A stretch of 64,000 nucleotides of DNA from Bacteriovoracaceae bacterium (GCA_048270185.1 JBLWTJ010000001.1:576001-640000); one strand, 5' to 3'. Shown: positions 30,456 through 40,572, counted from the stretch's first letter. A program made the numbers and translations. Notes: generated by a model not told the origin, from the sequence alone.

Positions 30456-31193
30456 ATGGATTTTCTAAAAGAATTGCCTGAACTTAAGGCGATAAAAAAT
30501 ATTTGTATTCTCACAGGGGCCGGTATTTCAAAGGAATCAGGGCTTAAGACCTTTCGTGACCAAAACGGTCTATGGGAAAACCACGATATATATGAAGTCG
30601 CCTCACCTCTTGCTTTTAAGAATAACCCAGCACTAGTTTATGAGTTCTATAATCAGCGTCGCAGACAATTATTAAGTGATGAAGTTCATGCAAATGAGGC
30701 CCATCATCAATTAGGTAAGCTCAATAATAGTGATCAATTTAATGTCAGTATCATCACGCAAAATGTTGATGATCTGCATGAGCGCGGGGGCTGCCACGAT
30801 GTCCTCCATATGCATGGTGAACTGCTTAAGGCCCGTTGTACCAAAACACAAAGAGTCTTTGAGTGGCGCGAGGAATTAACCAGTGAAAGTCGCTGTTCTT
30901 GCTGTCATACCAAGGGGAACCTTAGACCAGATATTGTCTGGTTTGGAGAGATGCCTCATCATCTTGATGAAATTCAAGCTAATCTTGAAAAATGTGACCT
31001 CTTCATCTCAATTGGAACTTCAGGGCTAGTCTATCCGGCCGCGAACTTTGTAAGCCTTGCCAAGCAAGTTGGGGCCTTCTGCCTCGAAATTAACCCCCAT
31101 CCAACCAATAATGCTGATTTCTTTGACCTGACAATTAAAGATAATGCCACAACAGGCGTGACAAACCTCGTCAATAAACTCATTTGTCCGTGA
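30456..31193 (+). CDS. cobB: NAD-dependent protein deacylase (class III sirtuin)
   Basis: GAGISKESG..TFR, YxxR, TQNVDDLHER, HG, RPDIVWFGE, GTSGLVYPA. Confidence 0.93.
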   Translation: MDFLKELPELKAIKNICILTGAGISKESGLKTFRDQNGLWENHDIYEVASPLAFKNNPALVYEFYNQRRRQLLSDEVHANEAHHQLGKLNNSDQFNVSIITQNVDDLHERGGCHDVLHMHGELLKARCTKTQRVFEWREELTSESRCSCCHTKGNLRPDIVWFGEMPHHLDEIQANLEKCDLFISIGTSGLVYPAANFVSLAKQVGAFCLEINPHPTNNADFFDLTIKDNATTGVTNLVNKLICP

Positions 31194-31275
31194 AGATATT
31201 TCAATCCTAAACCTTAGTCTTTTAATTCTGTAACTCGTTCGCTATAAGATCTTGCAATGAAAAATTGGAGATCAT

Positions 31276-31623
31276 ATGAAATCAATAATCGCTATTTTAC
31301 TAGTGGGATTAACAACGTCTGTAAGTGCTCAAGGCCTTAGAGATATTTGTGAGAACGCATACTATGCAACAGGTTACACAAAACTTCACCAATACTCGAT
31401 TACTGTGTACTGGGCCCGTATCTCAGACCACGCTCTAGTGGAGTTGGAAGATATTGTTTATGGTGATCTTTTTAAAGTTCTTAGTGAAAAAGAACTCGGT
31501 GAAAACCGTAGTCGATATATTTTAAAAGAAAGAATTGGATACGAAGGTTACCAGTATCAAGCGGCCCTTAACCGTCTTGAGAAAATTACAGGTAGAAAAG
31601 CTTCTTGTGTCTATCAATTATAG
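31276..31623 (+). CDS. Small secreted hypothetical protein
   Basis: GGAG RBS, signal peptide, two Cys. Confidence 0.8.
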   Translation: MKSIIAILLVGLTTSVSAQGLRDICENAYYATGYTKLHQYSITVYWARISDHALVELEDIVYGDLFKVLSEKELGENRSRYILKERIGYEGYQYQAALNRLEKITGRKASCVYQL

Positions 31624-31634
31624 GAGATTAAAGG

Positions 31635-31913
31635 ATGAAAAAAGTATTACTACTAGCTACACTTATGTTTAACGTTGCTGCAATTGATTACACTTATGTA
31701 AATTGCGCAAGAGAAGCTCAAGAAATTTGTTCAGAGCTTAAAGATAGAAAAGACTTCAACGCTTGTTACTACTCACAACTTGAGTGGTGTGTAGCTGATG
31801 CACAAGGTGAATTTGGATTTAACAAGTCTGTTCCAGGTTGTTTCAAGCAGTGTTCATTTATTGCTGACGAAGCACACAGAGAAATGTGTTATAGAACTTG
31901 TACTGAAAAGTAA
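31635..31913 (+). CDS. Small secreted 8-Cys protein
   Basis: Signal peptide; CX7C, CX7C, CX3C, CX3C. Confidence 0.8.
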   Translation: MKKVLLLATLMFNVAAIDYTYVNCAREAQEICSELKDRKDFNACYYSQLEWCVADAQGEFGFNKSVPGCFKQCSFIADEAHREMCYRTCTEK

Positions 31914-31937
31914 TTTAGATTTAAATGACGATATAAG

Positions 31938-31966
31938 AAAAAGGGCATCATATGATGCCCTTTTTT
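31938..31966. terminator. Bidirectional intrinsic terminator
   Basis: AAAAAGGGCATCA-ta-TGATGCCCTTTTT. Confidence 0.85.
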
Positions 31967-31978
31967 ATTTGTGTTTTA

Positions 31979-33250
31979 TTATCGTTCAATAATTGCAACA
32001 ACACCCATCCCACCTGCTGTACAGATTGAGATAAGTCCACGTCCGCCGCCTTTTTCATCAAGCATTTTTGCAAGGCCTGCCACAATTCTTGCACCAGTAG
32101 CACCGAAAGGGTGCCCGAGGGCAAGTGAGCCACCTTTCACATTAAGCTTTGAGCGATCAATTGATCCAAGAGCTGAGTCTAGTCCAAGCTTTGTCTTACA
32201 GAATTCTTCATCTTCCCAGGCCTTAAGAGTACAAAGAACTTGGGCAGCAAAGGCCTCGTGAATTTCGTAAAAGTCAAAGTCTTGTAGAGTAAGACCAGCA
32301 CGCTTTAAAAGTTTTGGGACAGCGTAAGCAGGTGCCATAAGAAGTCCTTCATCATCAATGAAGTCAACGGCAGCCGACTGACAAGTTGAAAAGTAAGCTA
32401 GTACTTTTAGGTTATTTTCTTTGGCATACTCTTCACTACATAGGAAAACACAAGATGCACCATCTGTTAGTGGAGTTGAGTTTGCAGCTGTTAGAGTTGC
32501 TTTATCAGACTTTTCAAAAGCTGTTCTTAGGCTTCCCATTTTCTCAACTGTTGTATTTGCTCTTAGGATTCCATCTCGCTCTAATCCCTTGAAAGGAACA
32601 ACTAAGCTATTGTAGAAGCCTTCGTTATAAGCACGCTCAGCATTTTGGTGAGATTCCCAAGCTAGTTGATCTTGCTCACTACGAGGAATTTGCCAGCGCT
32701 GGGCCATAAGCTCACAACTTTGTCCCATTGAAAGTCCCGTACGCGGCTCTTTAACGGCAGGAAAAGATGGCTTTAAGTCCCCTGGTCTAATACTTAAAAG
32801 GGCCTTAATTCTCTCGCCTGTTGAGCGAGCGTAATTTGCCTTACTCATGGCATCTGAAAAGTTCTTTGAAAACTCAACAGGAATATCACTATTTGTGTCC
32901 ACACCACCAGCAATTCCACATTCAATTTGCCCTGTGGCAATTTTCATCGCGATAATATTTGAAGACTCTAACGAAAGTCCACATGCTTTTTGTATATCAG
33001 TTGCTGGAGTTGAAAAAGAAAGTCCAGATTCAATCGTACACTCACGCGCCAGAGAGAAATCATAGGCGTGTTTACTAACGGCACCAAGAACAACCTCACC
33101 TACTTCCTTACCTTTAAGATTCATTTTATCAACAAGGCCCTTAAGAGCGGCCGTCATCAATTCTTTGTTTGAGATTCCTTGATAATTTGTTCCCGAACGC
33201 GCAAATGGGATACGAGAACCATCAATAATACATACTTTTCTTTGTTCCAT
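31979..33250 (-). CDS. Acetyl-CoA C-acyltransferase (thiolase, FadI-like)
   Basis: Catalytic ACG, HEAFA, GHPFGATG, CTAGG. Confidence 0.93.
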   Translation of the reverse strand: MEQRKVCIIDGSRIPFARSGTNYQGISNKELMTAALKGLVDKMNLKGKEVGEVVLGAVSKHAYDFSLARECTIESGLSFSTPATDIQKACGLSLESSNIIAMKIATGQIECGIAGGVDTNSDIPVEFSKNFSDAMSKANYARSTGERIKALLSIRPGDLKPSFPAVKEPRTGLSMGQSCELMAQRWQIPRSEQDQLAWESHQNAERAYNEGFYNSLVVPFKGLERDGILRANTTVEKMGSLRTAFEKSDKATLTAANSTPLTDGASCVFLCSEEYAKENNLKVLAYFSTCQSAAVDFIDDEGLLMAPAYAVPKLLKRAGLTLQDFDFYEIHEAFAAQVLCTLKAWEDEEFCKTKLGLDSALGSIDRSKLNVKGGSLALGHPFGATGARIVAGLAKMLDEKGGGRGLISICTAGGMGVVAIIER

Positions 33251-33279
33251 TAAAATTCCTTTCTTATTAATATTTAATC

Positions 33280-34641
33280 TTAAAGATTGGTTAGACTTTT
33301 TAACTCAAAGATTATCTTACGATAACTACTTAAATGAAAGAACTCATCAAGTTCTAATAGAATCGAGTTCAATTTTAACTTCTCGCGGGCCTCAATTGCT
33401 TTAAGAATTTCAACCACATACTTCTCAATAACAATAAAGCATATTGCTAGTGGAGAGAGGTTTGAAGTGTAGACATCAGGGAAACCAATTCCATTGAGGG
33501 CCCCGTGATGTTGCCTCACAATAACGTCAATCCCACTTGGGATACCTGATATCTCTTGTAAGAGAGTCGTGCTCATATTAGCGTGCTCAAGAACAAGCTT
33601 TCTTTCTTCTTCACTAAGATTGGCCTGATTGAGATCATCGAGTGAATGAATCTTTAAAAGCTTCTCATCACGTAAGAGGATGTCGTGAAAAAAACATATA
33701 TAGCAAACCTTATCCATTGTTTGCTTTAATTGCTCACCACGTCCCCATCCCAGATTTGGGATAATCTGATAAAAGAACAGGCTTGTAAGATAATTTCTTT
33801 TGAATGCATAAGAAGTTTCATTCTCTAAAAGTGAGCGAAGAAGAGTTGAAACTTTTTTTGATCCTATAACAGTTTTAGTCATGGCCACAATGGAAGTTTT
33901 AGCAAGCTTCACTGTTTGCGGAGTAATTCCAATATCATTTAAAAGGTTTTGTGAAATCTCAAAAGTATCTGAACTTACTTCAACAACTTTCTTTCCCTCT
34001 TTAAAGGCCTTTACTACTTTAGAAAGAGACTGGGCCAAAATTTGTCCCATAAGTTTTTCAAAGTCTTCTTTTTTAACATAGAAATGCGTTAGATTATTCT
34101 TCTCATAGCGCTTGACGATATTCTTATCCAGAACATCATTGGCATAGATTCTTTTCACATAGTGAGTTTCCCCGGCCTTAGACATCTTAAGATAGATATC
34201 ACAACAAGGATTTGAAAGAAGATAGAAATTAGCAATTTCAGCAGGAACATAATCAGGCATTTTCAAATGTCTTAATTCATCATCTGTCACTCCGAGACTT
34301 TTGATAAGCTGAAGGCTTACATCCCTAAGAGAGAACTTTGATGATAGACTCACGAAATTCCCGTAGTCCACCTCTAATTCACCAAGCACGATGACAGGGA
34401 GCTTTAGAGAATTATCAATGATAAAATTTATCAAATTTTGAGCATTTAAGACATTGCGTCCTTCACTATCAATATATCGACTCTCACACAGGACACCATC
34501 AAAACCACCAAGTCCATCTCTCCTCATTACTTCAGCGCTATTTTGCGCGCAAACTGTCTCAAAGGAATACTCATTTTCTAAGTACTCTCTAAGACTGGAA
34601 GCAATACGCTGCTGCGAATGGATGATAAGTAGTTTTCTCAT
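33280..34641 (-). CDS. Pseudo-receiver plus HD-GYP-like domain protein
   Basis: Receiver-like N-terminus; FHDI, EH, HHGALNGIGFP. Confidence 0.7.
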   Translation of the reverse strand: MRKLLIIHSQQRIASSLREYLENEYSFETVCAQNSAEVMRRDGLGGFDGVLCESRYIDSEGRNVLNAQNLINFIIDNSLKLPVIVLGELEVDYGNFVSLSSKFSLRDVSLQLIKSLGVTDDELRHLKMPDYVPAEIANFYLLSNPCCDIYLKMSKAGETHYVKRIYANDVLDKNIVKRYEKNNLTHFYVKKEDFEKLMGQILAQSLSKVVKAFKEGKKVVEVSSDTFEISQNLLNDIGITPQTVKLAKTSIVAMTKTVIGSKKVSTLLRSLLENETSYAFKRNYLTSLFFYQIIPNLGWGRGEQLKQTMDKVCYICFFHDILLRDEKLLKIHSLDDLNQANLSEEERKLVLEHANMSTTLLQEISGIPSGIDVIVRQHHGALNGIGFPDVYTSNLSPLAICFIVIEKYVVEILKAIEAREKLKLNSILLELDEFFHLSSYRKIIFELKSLTNL

Positions 34642-35465
34642 TAAAATGATCGTTTCTTAAAGATATAATTAAATATCATTCCCCATATCCAAAGTGTCGC
34701 CACTAGGTGAATTAGTCCATAAGCAAGATTTTTAAATATCTCCATATTAAACTCGGCACCAAGAGAGAGCATATCTGAGATCCCATTGATCTCACCGACC
34801 CTTGGCAGTAACCAGTAAAATATAGCTCCAAAGATTGACGATAAATTAAATCCTGATACGACAGGGTTTCCACTTTGGATATATGTGTATGTACCAATAG
34901 AGGCCATTACATAGAATAAAGTCATCAGTAGTGTTCCAATCTTATTAAAGAAGAGACTAAAGAAACAACTTACAAACATGATGATAATAATCTGAATAAA
35001 ATGTGGGATCGTTGAAGCAAGAATACTCACAACTGGAACATCAACACCCGCAGGAAGTAACTCATTTGTACTTAGAATGATCATACCAATGATAAGAATG
35101 ATTAATAAGTAAAGAAAGCTTAAAAGAGCACCGCCAAACATACGGTTAATAACATATGAAGATCTCTTAATAGGAAGAGCGAGAAGCTGTGAAATAACTC
35201 CACTCTCCAAATCACTTTTAAAAATATTTGCCGAAACTAAGGCGGCGACAAATTTAGCGCTTAAACTAATGATCCAGATAACAACTGTCATACTTGCAGT
35301 AGCAAGGTATGTATTAAATCCTGATTCTTTGATTTCATCTTGAAGAGCATTCGTTGCAACAGCACCGAGATACATCACCGCAAGAGTCATCACAAATAGG
35401 AAGATAACGGATTTATTTCTAATTTCTTTTTCAATTGTGTTCTTTATTAATGTCTTATTAAGCAT
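34641..35465 (-). CDS. ABC-2 type transporter permease
   Basis: Six TM, DLESG..LLALPIKRS; start overlaps the ATPase stop. Confidence 0.85.
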   Translation of the reverse strand: MLNKTLIKNTIEKEIRNKSVIFLFVMTLAVMYLGAVATNALQDEIKESGFNTYLATASMTVVIWIISLSAKFVAALVSANIFKSDLESGVISQLLALPIKRSSYVINRMFGGALLSFLYLLIILIIGMIILSTNELLPAGVDVPVVSILASTIPHFIQIIIIMFVSCFFSLFFNKIGTLLMTLFYVMASIGTYTYIQSGNPVVSGFNLSSIFGAIFYWLLPRVGEINGISDMLSLGAEFNMEIFKNLAYGLIHLVATLWIWGMIFNYIFKKRSF

Positions 35466-36186
35466 GACTACCTTCATTTGATTCTTTAACAAGTGTATAG
35501 AAACGATCCTCAAGTGTTTGTCCTGCTCTTACTTCATCAAGACTACCACTTGCTCTAACTTGACCATGATTTAAGATAATGACTTTATTTGCAAATTTTT
35601 CAACTTCAGAAAGAATGTGAGAATTAATCATTATCGTCTTACCTTGTGCACTCAACTCAAGACAAATATCTTTGACATCTTTTATACCAATTGGATCAAG
35701 CCCAGAAAAAGGCTCATCAAGAACAATGAGATCTTTATCGGCAACAAGAGCAATACATAGCCCTACTCTTTGCATTTGACCTTTTGAGAGTTCACGAAGC
35801 TTCTTCTTTCCTAACTCACCAATAGAAAGTCTACCTAGAGCGTATTGAATTTTATCGCGATATTCACTCTTGCTAACCCCATGAAACTCCGCAAAGAATT
35901 TAAGTGTTTCTTCAACAGAAAAATAATCATAAAAACTAAATTTTTCTGGTAGATAAACTAAGCGAGAGCGAGACATGGGATCACTTGAATCAATATCGAA
36001 AATTTTGATACTTCCACTATCTGCACTAATAAGATTTAGCATACATTTAACAAAAGTTGTCTTTCCAGCACCGTTTGGTCCTAAAAGAGCAACCACATCA
36101 CCTTCTTCAACACTTAATGAAAATTCGCTAAGAGCTAATTGATCACGATATCTCTTTGAGACATTTTCTACTTTAATAACACTCAT
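35458..36186 (-). CDS. ABC transporter ATP-binding protein
   Basis: GPNGAGKT, LSKGQ, LDEP, SH. Confidence 0.95.
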   Translation of the reverse strand: MSVIKVENVSKRYRDQLALSEFSLSVEEGDVVALLGPNGAGKTTFVKCMLNLISADSGSIKIFDIDSSDPMSRSRLVYLPEKFSFYDYFSVEETLKFFAEFHGVSKSEYRDKIQYALGRLSIGELGKKKLRELSKGQMQRVGLCIALVADKDLIVLDEPFSGLDPIGIKDVKDICLELSAQGKTIMINSHILSEVEKFANKVIILNHGQVRASGSLDEVRAGQTLEDRFYTLVKESNEGSHA

Positions 36187-36207
36187 AATCTTCCTTAATT
36201 CGATTTG

Positions 36208-36618
36208 TTATTTCTTTGGTAAAACTGTTTTTGAATTTATACTTCTTGGTCTCTTGTCTTCATCAATTGCGACATAAGTAAAGATCCCATCAGTCACCAT
36301 CACTCTTTCTGTTTCAAACTTACGAATGACCCAAGCTTCGACTCTAACAGCAAGTGAAGTATTCCCTTCTCTTACTGTAGAACAGTAACAACAAAGAATA
36401 TCCCCAACTCCAACAGGTTGAATGAATTTCATGGCCTCAATAGCAATCGTGGCAGTACGACCGTTACATCGTTTTCCTGAATAGATGGCACCAGCGATAT
36501 CCATTTGTGATAATACCCAACCACCAAATATATCTCCGTTGTGATTTGTATCACATGGCATCGTTAGTGTTCTGACACACAATTCACCAACGGGTTCTAA
36601 TTCACTATTTTTTCCCAC
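36208..36618 (-). CDS. yciA: Acyl-CoA thioesterase (hotdog fold, YciA-like)
   Basis: DTNHNGDIFGGWVLSQMD, FTYVAID. Confidence 0.88.
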   Translation of the reverse strand: MGKNSELEPVGELCVRTLTMPCDTNHNGDIFGGWVLSQMDIAGAIYSGKRCNGRTATIAIEAMKFIQPVGVGDILCCYCSTVREGNTSLAVRVEAWVIRKFETERVMVTDGIFTYVAIDEDKRPRSINSKTVLPKK

Positions 36619-36691
36619 AGTTTCTATCCTTTAAAAGTTCGCTATAATTATAATAACATATTGTAATAATATTAAGTAAAAAGGTAGCGGA

Positions 36692-37447
36692 ATGCTTGAA
36701 AAGAAAGAAATGCAATTAATCCTTCGATCAGTTGCAATTAGTACTGTGGTCATCATTGTCTTAAATGGAGCTTATCTCTCAGGTATTTTCCCAAAAGAAG
36801 GAATTGTCGCAAGACTACTAATTTTACTTGGCGGTGACTTTATCAAAGGTGGCTATATTCAATGGCTAACATATTGTGCTTTTATATGGTCTCTTGGAGA
36901 GATAAAAGGACTAAAAGCTCAGATAACAGCAGAAAAGTCATACTTTAAAGCTAATCTATTACCAACAGCAGAGAGCCACCTACTGATGGCCGAAGATGTT
37001 GTAGGTATTGGTCAAAAAGTTAAAGAATTTGAAAAGAAGTATTCAAAAACACTTCTCACTCAACTCATTAAGAATTCATGTGCTAAATTTCGCTCAACAA
37101 AGAATATCTCTGAGGTCTTAGAAGTTATCAATATCATCACAGATCTTCACAGAGACAACTCAGAGACCGAACAATCAAATATTCGCTACCTCTTATGGGC
37201 CATTCCCTCTCTAGGATTTATTGGTACTGTTCTTGGTATTTCAAGTGCTCTCATGCTTGCCAACTCAAAAGACATGCAGCTGATTACTTCAACTCTTGGC
37301 GTTGCATTTGATACAACACTAGTGGCACTGATTTTAAGTATCATTCTAATGTGGATGTTTCACGACCTGCAAAAGCGCACCGATCAATTTCATATGAAAA
37401 CAAAGGAATATGTTATTGAAAATCTAGTTAATAAGATTGAGATGTAG
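36692..37447 (+). CDS. MotA/TolQ/ExbB proton channel family protein
   Basis: IPSLGFIGTVLGI and AFDTTLVAL TM motifs. Confidence 0.9.
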   Translation: MLEKKEMQLILRSVAISTVVIIVLNGAYLSGIFPKEGIVARLLILLGGDFIKGGYIQWLTYCAFIWSLGEIKGLKAQITAEKSYFKANLLPTAESHLLMAEDVVGIGQKVKEFEKKYSKTLLTQLIKNSCAKFRSTKNISEVLEVINIITDLHRDNSETEQSNIRYLLWAIPSLGFIGTVLGISSALMLANSKDMQLITSTLGVAFDTTLVALILSIILMWMFHDLQKRTDQFHMKTKEYVIENLVNKIEM

Positions 37448-37457
37448 GATTTAATTA

Positions 37458-38324
37458 ATGCGCCAAAGAAAATCGATCGACGTCTTCAATATATCCTTTC
37501 TTGATCTTTTATCAGGGGCCTTAGGAGCTGTAATTATCTTATTCATTGTGGTTCCAAAGAATGAAGACCCACAAGTCCAACAAAAAGACCCACAGAAAAA
37601 AGAGGTTTGTGTTGATAACTCTAAGGCGCTTTCACAATGTGAGAATATGGCCAAAGAACAGCAGGCCGTCATTAAAGATCTAACAGCAAAACTTCAAGAG
37701 GCGGCCAAGCCAAAAGAAGTTGTTGAAGTTAAAACACCAAAAGTTGAAAAGAAAGATAACTCGTCGGCCAATAATGATGTCGGTTTTAATTTCAAAGGAA
37801 AGCGCATTGCCTTTTTAATTGATGTATCAGGATCAATGTCAACAGACGATCGTATTGGAGAAGTTAAGGCCGGTTTAAAAATGTTAATTGCGTCCATGAA
37901 TAAAGACTTTCATGTTGATATTATCTACTTCCCTCACCGCAATGAATCTCAATATGCCCTTTGGGGTGTTCTACAAAATATGCATGATTTAAAAATTAAA
38001 GAAGAAATCTACCAATTCTTAGGAAGACTTAAGCCAAATGGGACAACACCAACAAGGGCGGCCCTAAAATTTGCCTTAGATTCCTATCCTGAGCTAACAG
38101 ATATCGTACTCTTAAGTGATGGTTCGCCTACAAAGTCGGGACGCACCAGCTCCCCTGATAATATTGATGATCTCGTGCGTGATATTACGGCCAAGAATAA
38201 GGCCCGACAGGTACAAATTAACGCCATTGGAGTAGGGGCCAAGAATTTCAGTAAGTCCTCAAATTTATATAAATTCTTAAAGAATTTGACCGAATCCAAT
38301 AACGGTTTTTTCTATGGCTTCTAA
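37458..38324 (+). CDS. ExbD/MotB-like TM helix fused to a vWA domain
   Basis: FLDLLSGALGA TM with Asp; MIDAS DVSGS...T...LSDG. Confidence 0.85.
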   Translation: MRQRKSIDVFNISFLDLLSGALGAVIILFIVVPKNEDPQVQQKDPQKKEVCVDNSKALSQCENMAKEQQAVIKDLTAKLQEAAKPKEVVEVKTPKVEKKDNSSANNDVGFNFKGKRIAFLIDVSGSMSTDDRIGEVKAGLKMLIASMNKDFHVDIIYFPHRNESQYALWGVLQNMHDLKIKEEIYQFLGRLKPNGTTPTRAALKFALDSYPELTDIVLLSDGSPTKSGRTSSPDNIDDLVRDITAKNKARQVQINAIGVGAKNFSKSSNLYKFLKNLTESNNGFFYGF

Positions 38325-38445
38325 AGTTGGCGGAAATCGTTAATTTTTCAAACTATAAATTTTATGTCAATTTTTGGTTAAGTCTTTGATTATACGGCGT
38401 TAACTCACCTGTAACTTCAACGACTTACTCAAAATTGCCATAATA

Positions 38446-39693
38446 GTGTCAATGAGCACGAATCCAAAGCAACTATTCATTGAAAAGGCCAACGCCAGAC
38501 CGGCCGTCACTAGTATGTTAACGAGAGTATGTTTTTCTCTGATCCTACTAGGTCTTATGACTCTTATGAGTTCATGTGCAGGTCCTATGAATCCATTTGG
38601 CAGTGACACATTCTCACTTATTAACGACTCAGGTAAGAAGTTTGAAAATCTTGAGGCCTTCACAAATATTTTAAATGAACATTTGAAATTTAATAATGTT
38701 GGCACAAGTACAATTGGAATAGAATTCTTTCCAAAGAAACAAAATCGTCACTCGATTTATGACCTCTATATTAAAATCAATTCAACTAGAGGAAAGTTAA
38801 ATCCAGACAATATTGTTATCTTTTGGAATGGAAAGAATATCACTTCAAGCTTTAAGCATAATAATAAAGTGATCTTTGAAGATGATAAGCATGTCATCTA
38901 TAAAGTTAATCGTCTAAGTCTTCCAGCAAGACTAATGACAGATATCAAAATTGGCTATCAATACCGTGGAGAAATCAGGTCTCTATATCGCTATGAAGAA
39001 CCATCATGTATTCAAGCAACAGATGCAAAAGCAAAAGACTTTGAAATTACTTCAACTGATCCATTTAATGTAAAAGATAGTTTTATCGAGCTTGTAAAAA
39101 AGCAATCATTAAGTGTTAACACAAATCCTTCTATGTTACTTGGAATTATCGCTCAGGAGTCAGGGTTTAATTACCGTTCAGTGAGTTCGGCCAAAGCAAT
39201 TGGCCTAACACAAGTAACAGATGCGGCCAGCCAGCACGTAATAAAAAAATACGATACTTGGAAAGTAGATAAGAGAATTGAAAAACTTCCTTACGGGCTT
39301 GTTAAATTTCTAGTTCGCACAGGAAAGATTAATCATCGAAATGATTGGCGCCTCAATCGCAAGAAATCAGTTATAGGTGGACTTGAGTATATCAATTACT
39401 TAAAGCAGTACTGGCGTGGGAATTTTGAATTAGTTCAAAAGTCTTACCCAAATATTAGAACAGTTAAAGTCTTTGAAAAGAGCCAGCTTTTTACAGATTT
39501 AATCCTTGCTAGCTACAACTCAGGGCCCTTTCGAGTAAAGTCACAATTAATTAAATTTGATAAGAAATGGAAACATTCAGATAAATTACAAGAAGCGAAG
39601 AACTACGTTAATAAAGTAAATAGTTACTGTTACCACTTTACACACAATAATACACAAGGAGAAATCCATGAAGATCAAGCCTTTAATCTTTAA
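38446..39693 (+). CDS. Lytic transglycosylase (SLT) domain lipoprotein
   Basis: Lipobox LMSSC, QESGF, AIGLTQ, ASYNSG; true start may be 38515. Confidence 0.85.
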   Translation: MSMSTNPKQLFIEKANARPAVTSMLTRVCFSLILLGLMTLMSSCAGPMNPFGSDTFSLINDSGKKFENLEAFTNILNEHLKFNNVGTSTIGIEFFPKKQNRHSIYDLYIKINSTRGKLNPDNIVIFWNGKNITSSFKHNNKVIFEDDKHVIYKVNRLSLPARLMTDIKIGYQYRGEIRSLYRYEEPSCIQATDAKAKDFEITSTDPFNVKDSFIELVKKQSLSVNTNPSMLLGIIAQESGFNYRSVSSAKAIGLTQVTDAASQHVIKKYDTWKVDKRIEKLPYGLVKFLVRTGKINHRNDWRLNRKKSVIGGLEYINYLKQYWRGNFELVQKSYPNIRTVKVFEKSQLFTDLILASYNSGPFRVKSQLIKFDKKWKHSDKLQEAKNYVNKVNSYCYHFTHNNTQGEIHEDQAFNL

Positions 39694-40423
39694 TATTTAC
39701 GCATTTGTCTTTATTGCCATTGCCGTAAGTATTCCACTACAAGTAATGTTTCTTTACGGGCATAGCCTTACAGACTTTTCGGCCATGTGGTCAAAGCTGA
39801 CAGTATTTAATTTATTAGTTATGTCATCTTGTTTCCTAAACGCTTATTTTTCTTTTACAGCACAAGATGAAATAAAATGGAGCTTCCCATTATCGATCGG
39901 TTTTGTTTGTCTAAATAACTCAATCGTTCTTGTCTATGGTAATGACTTTGAAGCAGCAACTGTTATTCTTTCTACTTTTGCTTATATTTTAATGACGACA
40001 TACTTTATTCTCAGTCATGAAACAAATGTTATTAACTCACCTGCAGCTCAGTGGTGGAAGACAGCTTTACGTTATAAGGCTCCCCTTCCGACAAAAGTTT
40101 CATCAACTGATATCCCAATTAATCTTGGTGAGACATATGATATTTCAAGAACTGGTGCTTTTATTTCTTATAGTACGCCAGGACAAAAAGATATCTTCAA
40201 CTGTGGTGAGGCATTCACTTTCAATATCGGAGATGACCTAGAACTTAAGGCCAAGGTTGTTAGAAAATCCATGGCCGTAGGACGCTATCCAGAAGGAATG
40301 GGCGTTCAATTTATCGAGCTTGGAGTTGGGGAAAGAATTCAACTTGAGAAGCTTTTAAACTCACTTAAAACAAGTGTGGAACAAGAGAACGAAGAGTACC
40401 ATGAATATAATAAAGCAGCTTAA
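39668..40423 (+). CDS. Four-TM membrane protein with C-terminal PilZ domain
   Basis: DISRTG, AKVVR, GMGVQF; RxxxR degenerate (TALR). Confidence 0.82.
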   Translation: MKIKPLIFNIYAFVFIAIAVSIPLQVMFLYGHSLTDFSAMWSKLTVFNLLVMSSCFLNAYFSFTAQDEIKWSFPLSIGFVCLNNSIVLVYGNDFEAATVILSTFAYILMTTYFILSHETNVINSPAAQWWKTALRYKAPLPTKVSSTDIPINLGETYDISRTGAFISYSTPGQKDIFNCGEAFTFNIGDDLELKAKVVRKSMAVGRYPEGMGVQFIELGVGERIQLEKLLNSLKTSVEQENEEYHEYNKAA

Positions 40424-40429
40424 ATGCGT

Positions 40430-40457
40430 GAGGGCCTATCAAGGCCCTCTTTTTTTT
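40430..40457 (+). terminator. Intrinsic terminator
   Basis: GAGGGCCT-atca-AGGCCCTC followed by T8. Confidence 0.85.
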
Positions 40458-40572
40458 ATTTATGGCCATTAAATAGCTAAAATTACACACTTTTTATAAG
40501 CGAAATTAGCAAGACCTAAGTAAATTCTACAATCTCCTATCATCTGTTCAAAAATAAGCGTAAAAGCAAAGC

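Noticed and set aside
30456..31193. Sir2 protein as an anti-phage defence effector
   Set aside because: Canonical stand-alone CobB motifs and no defence partner genes
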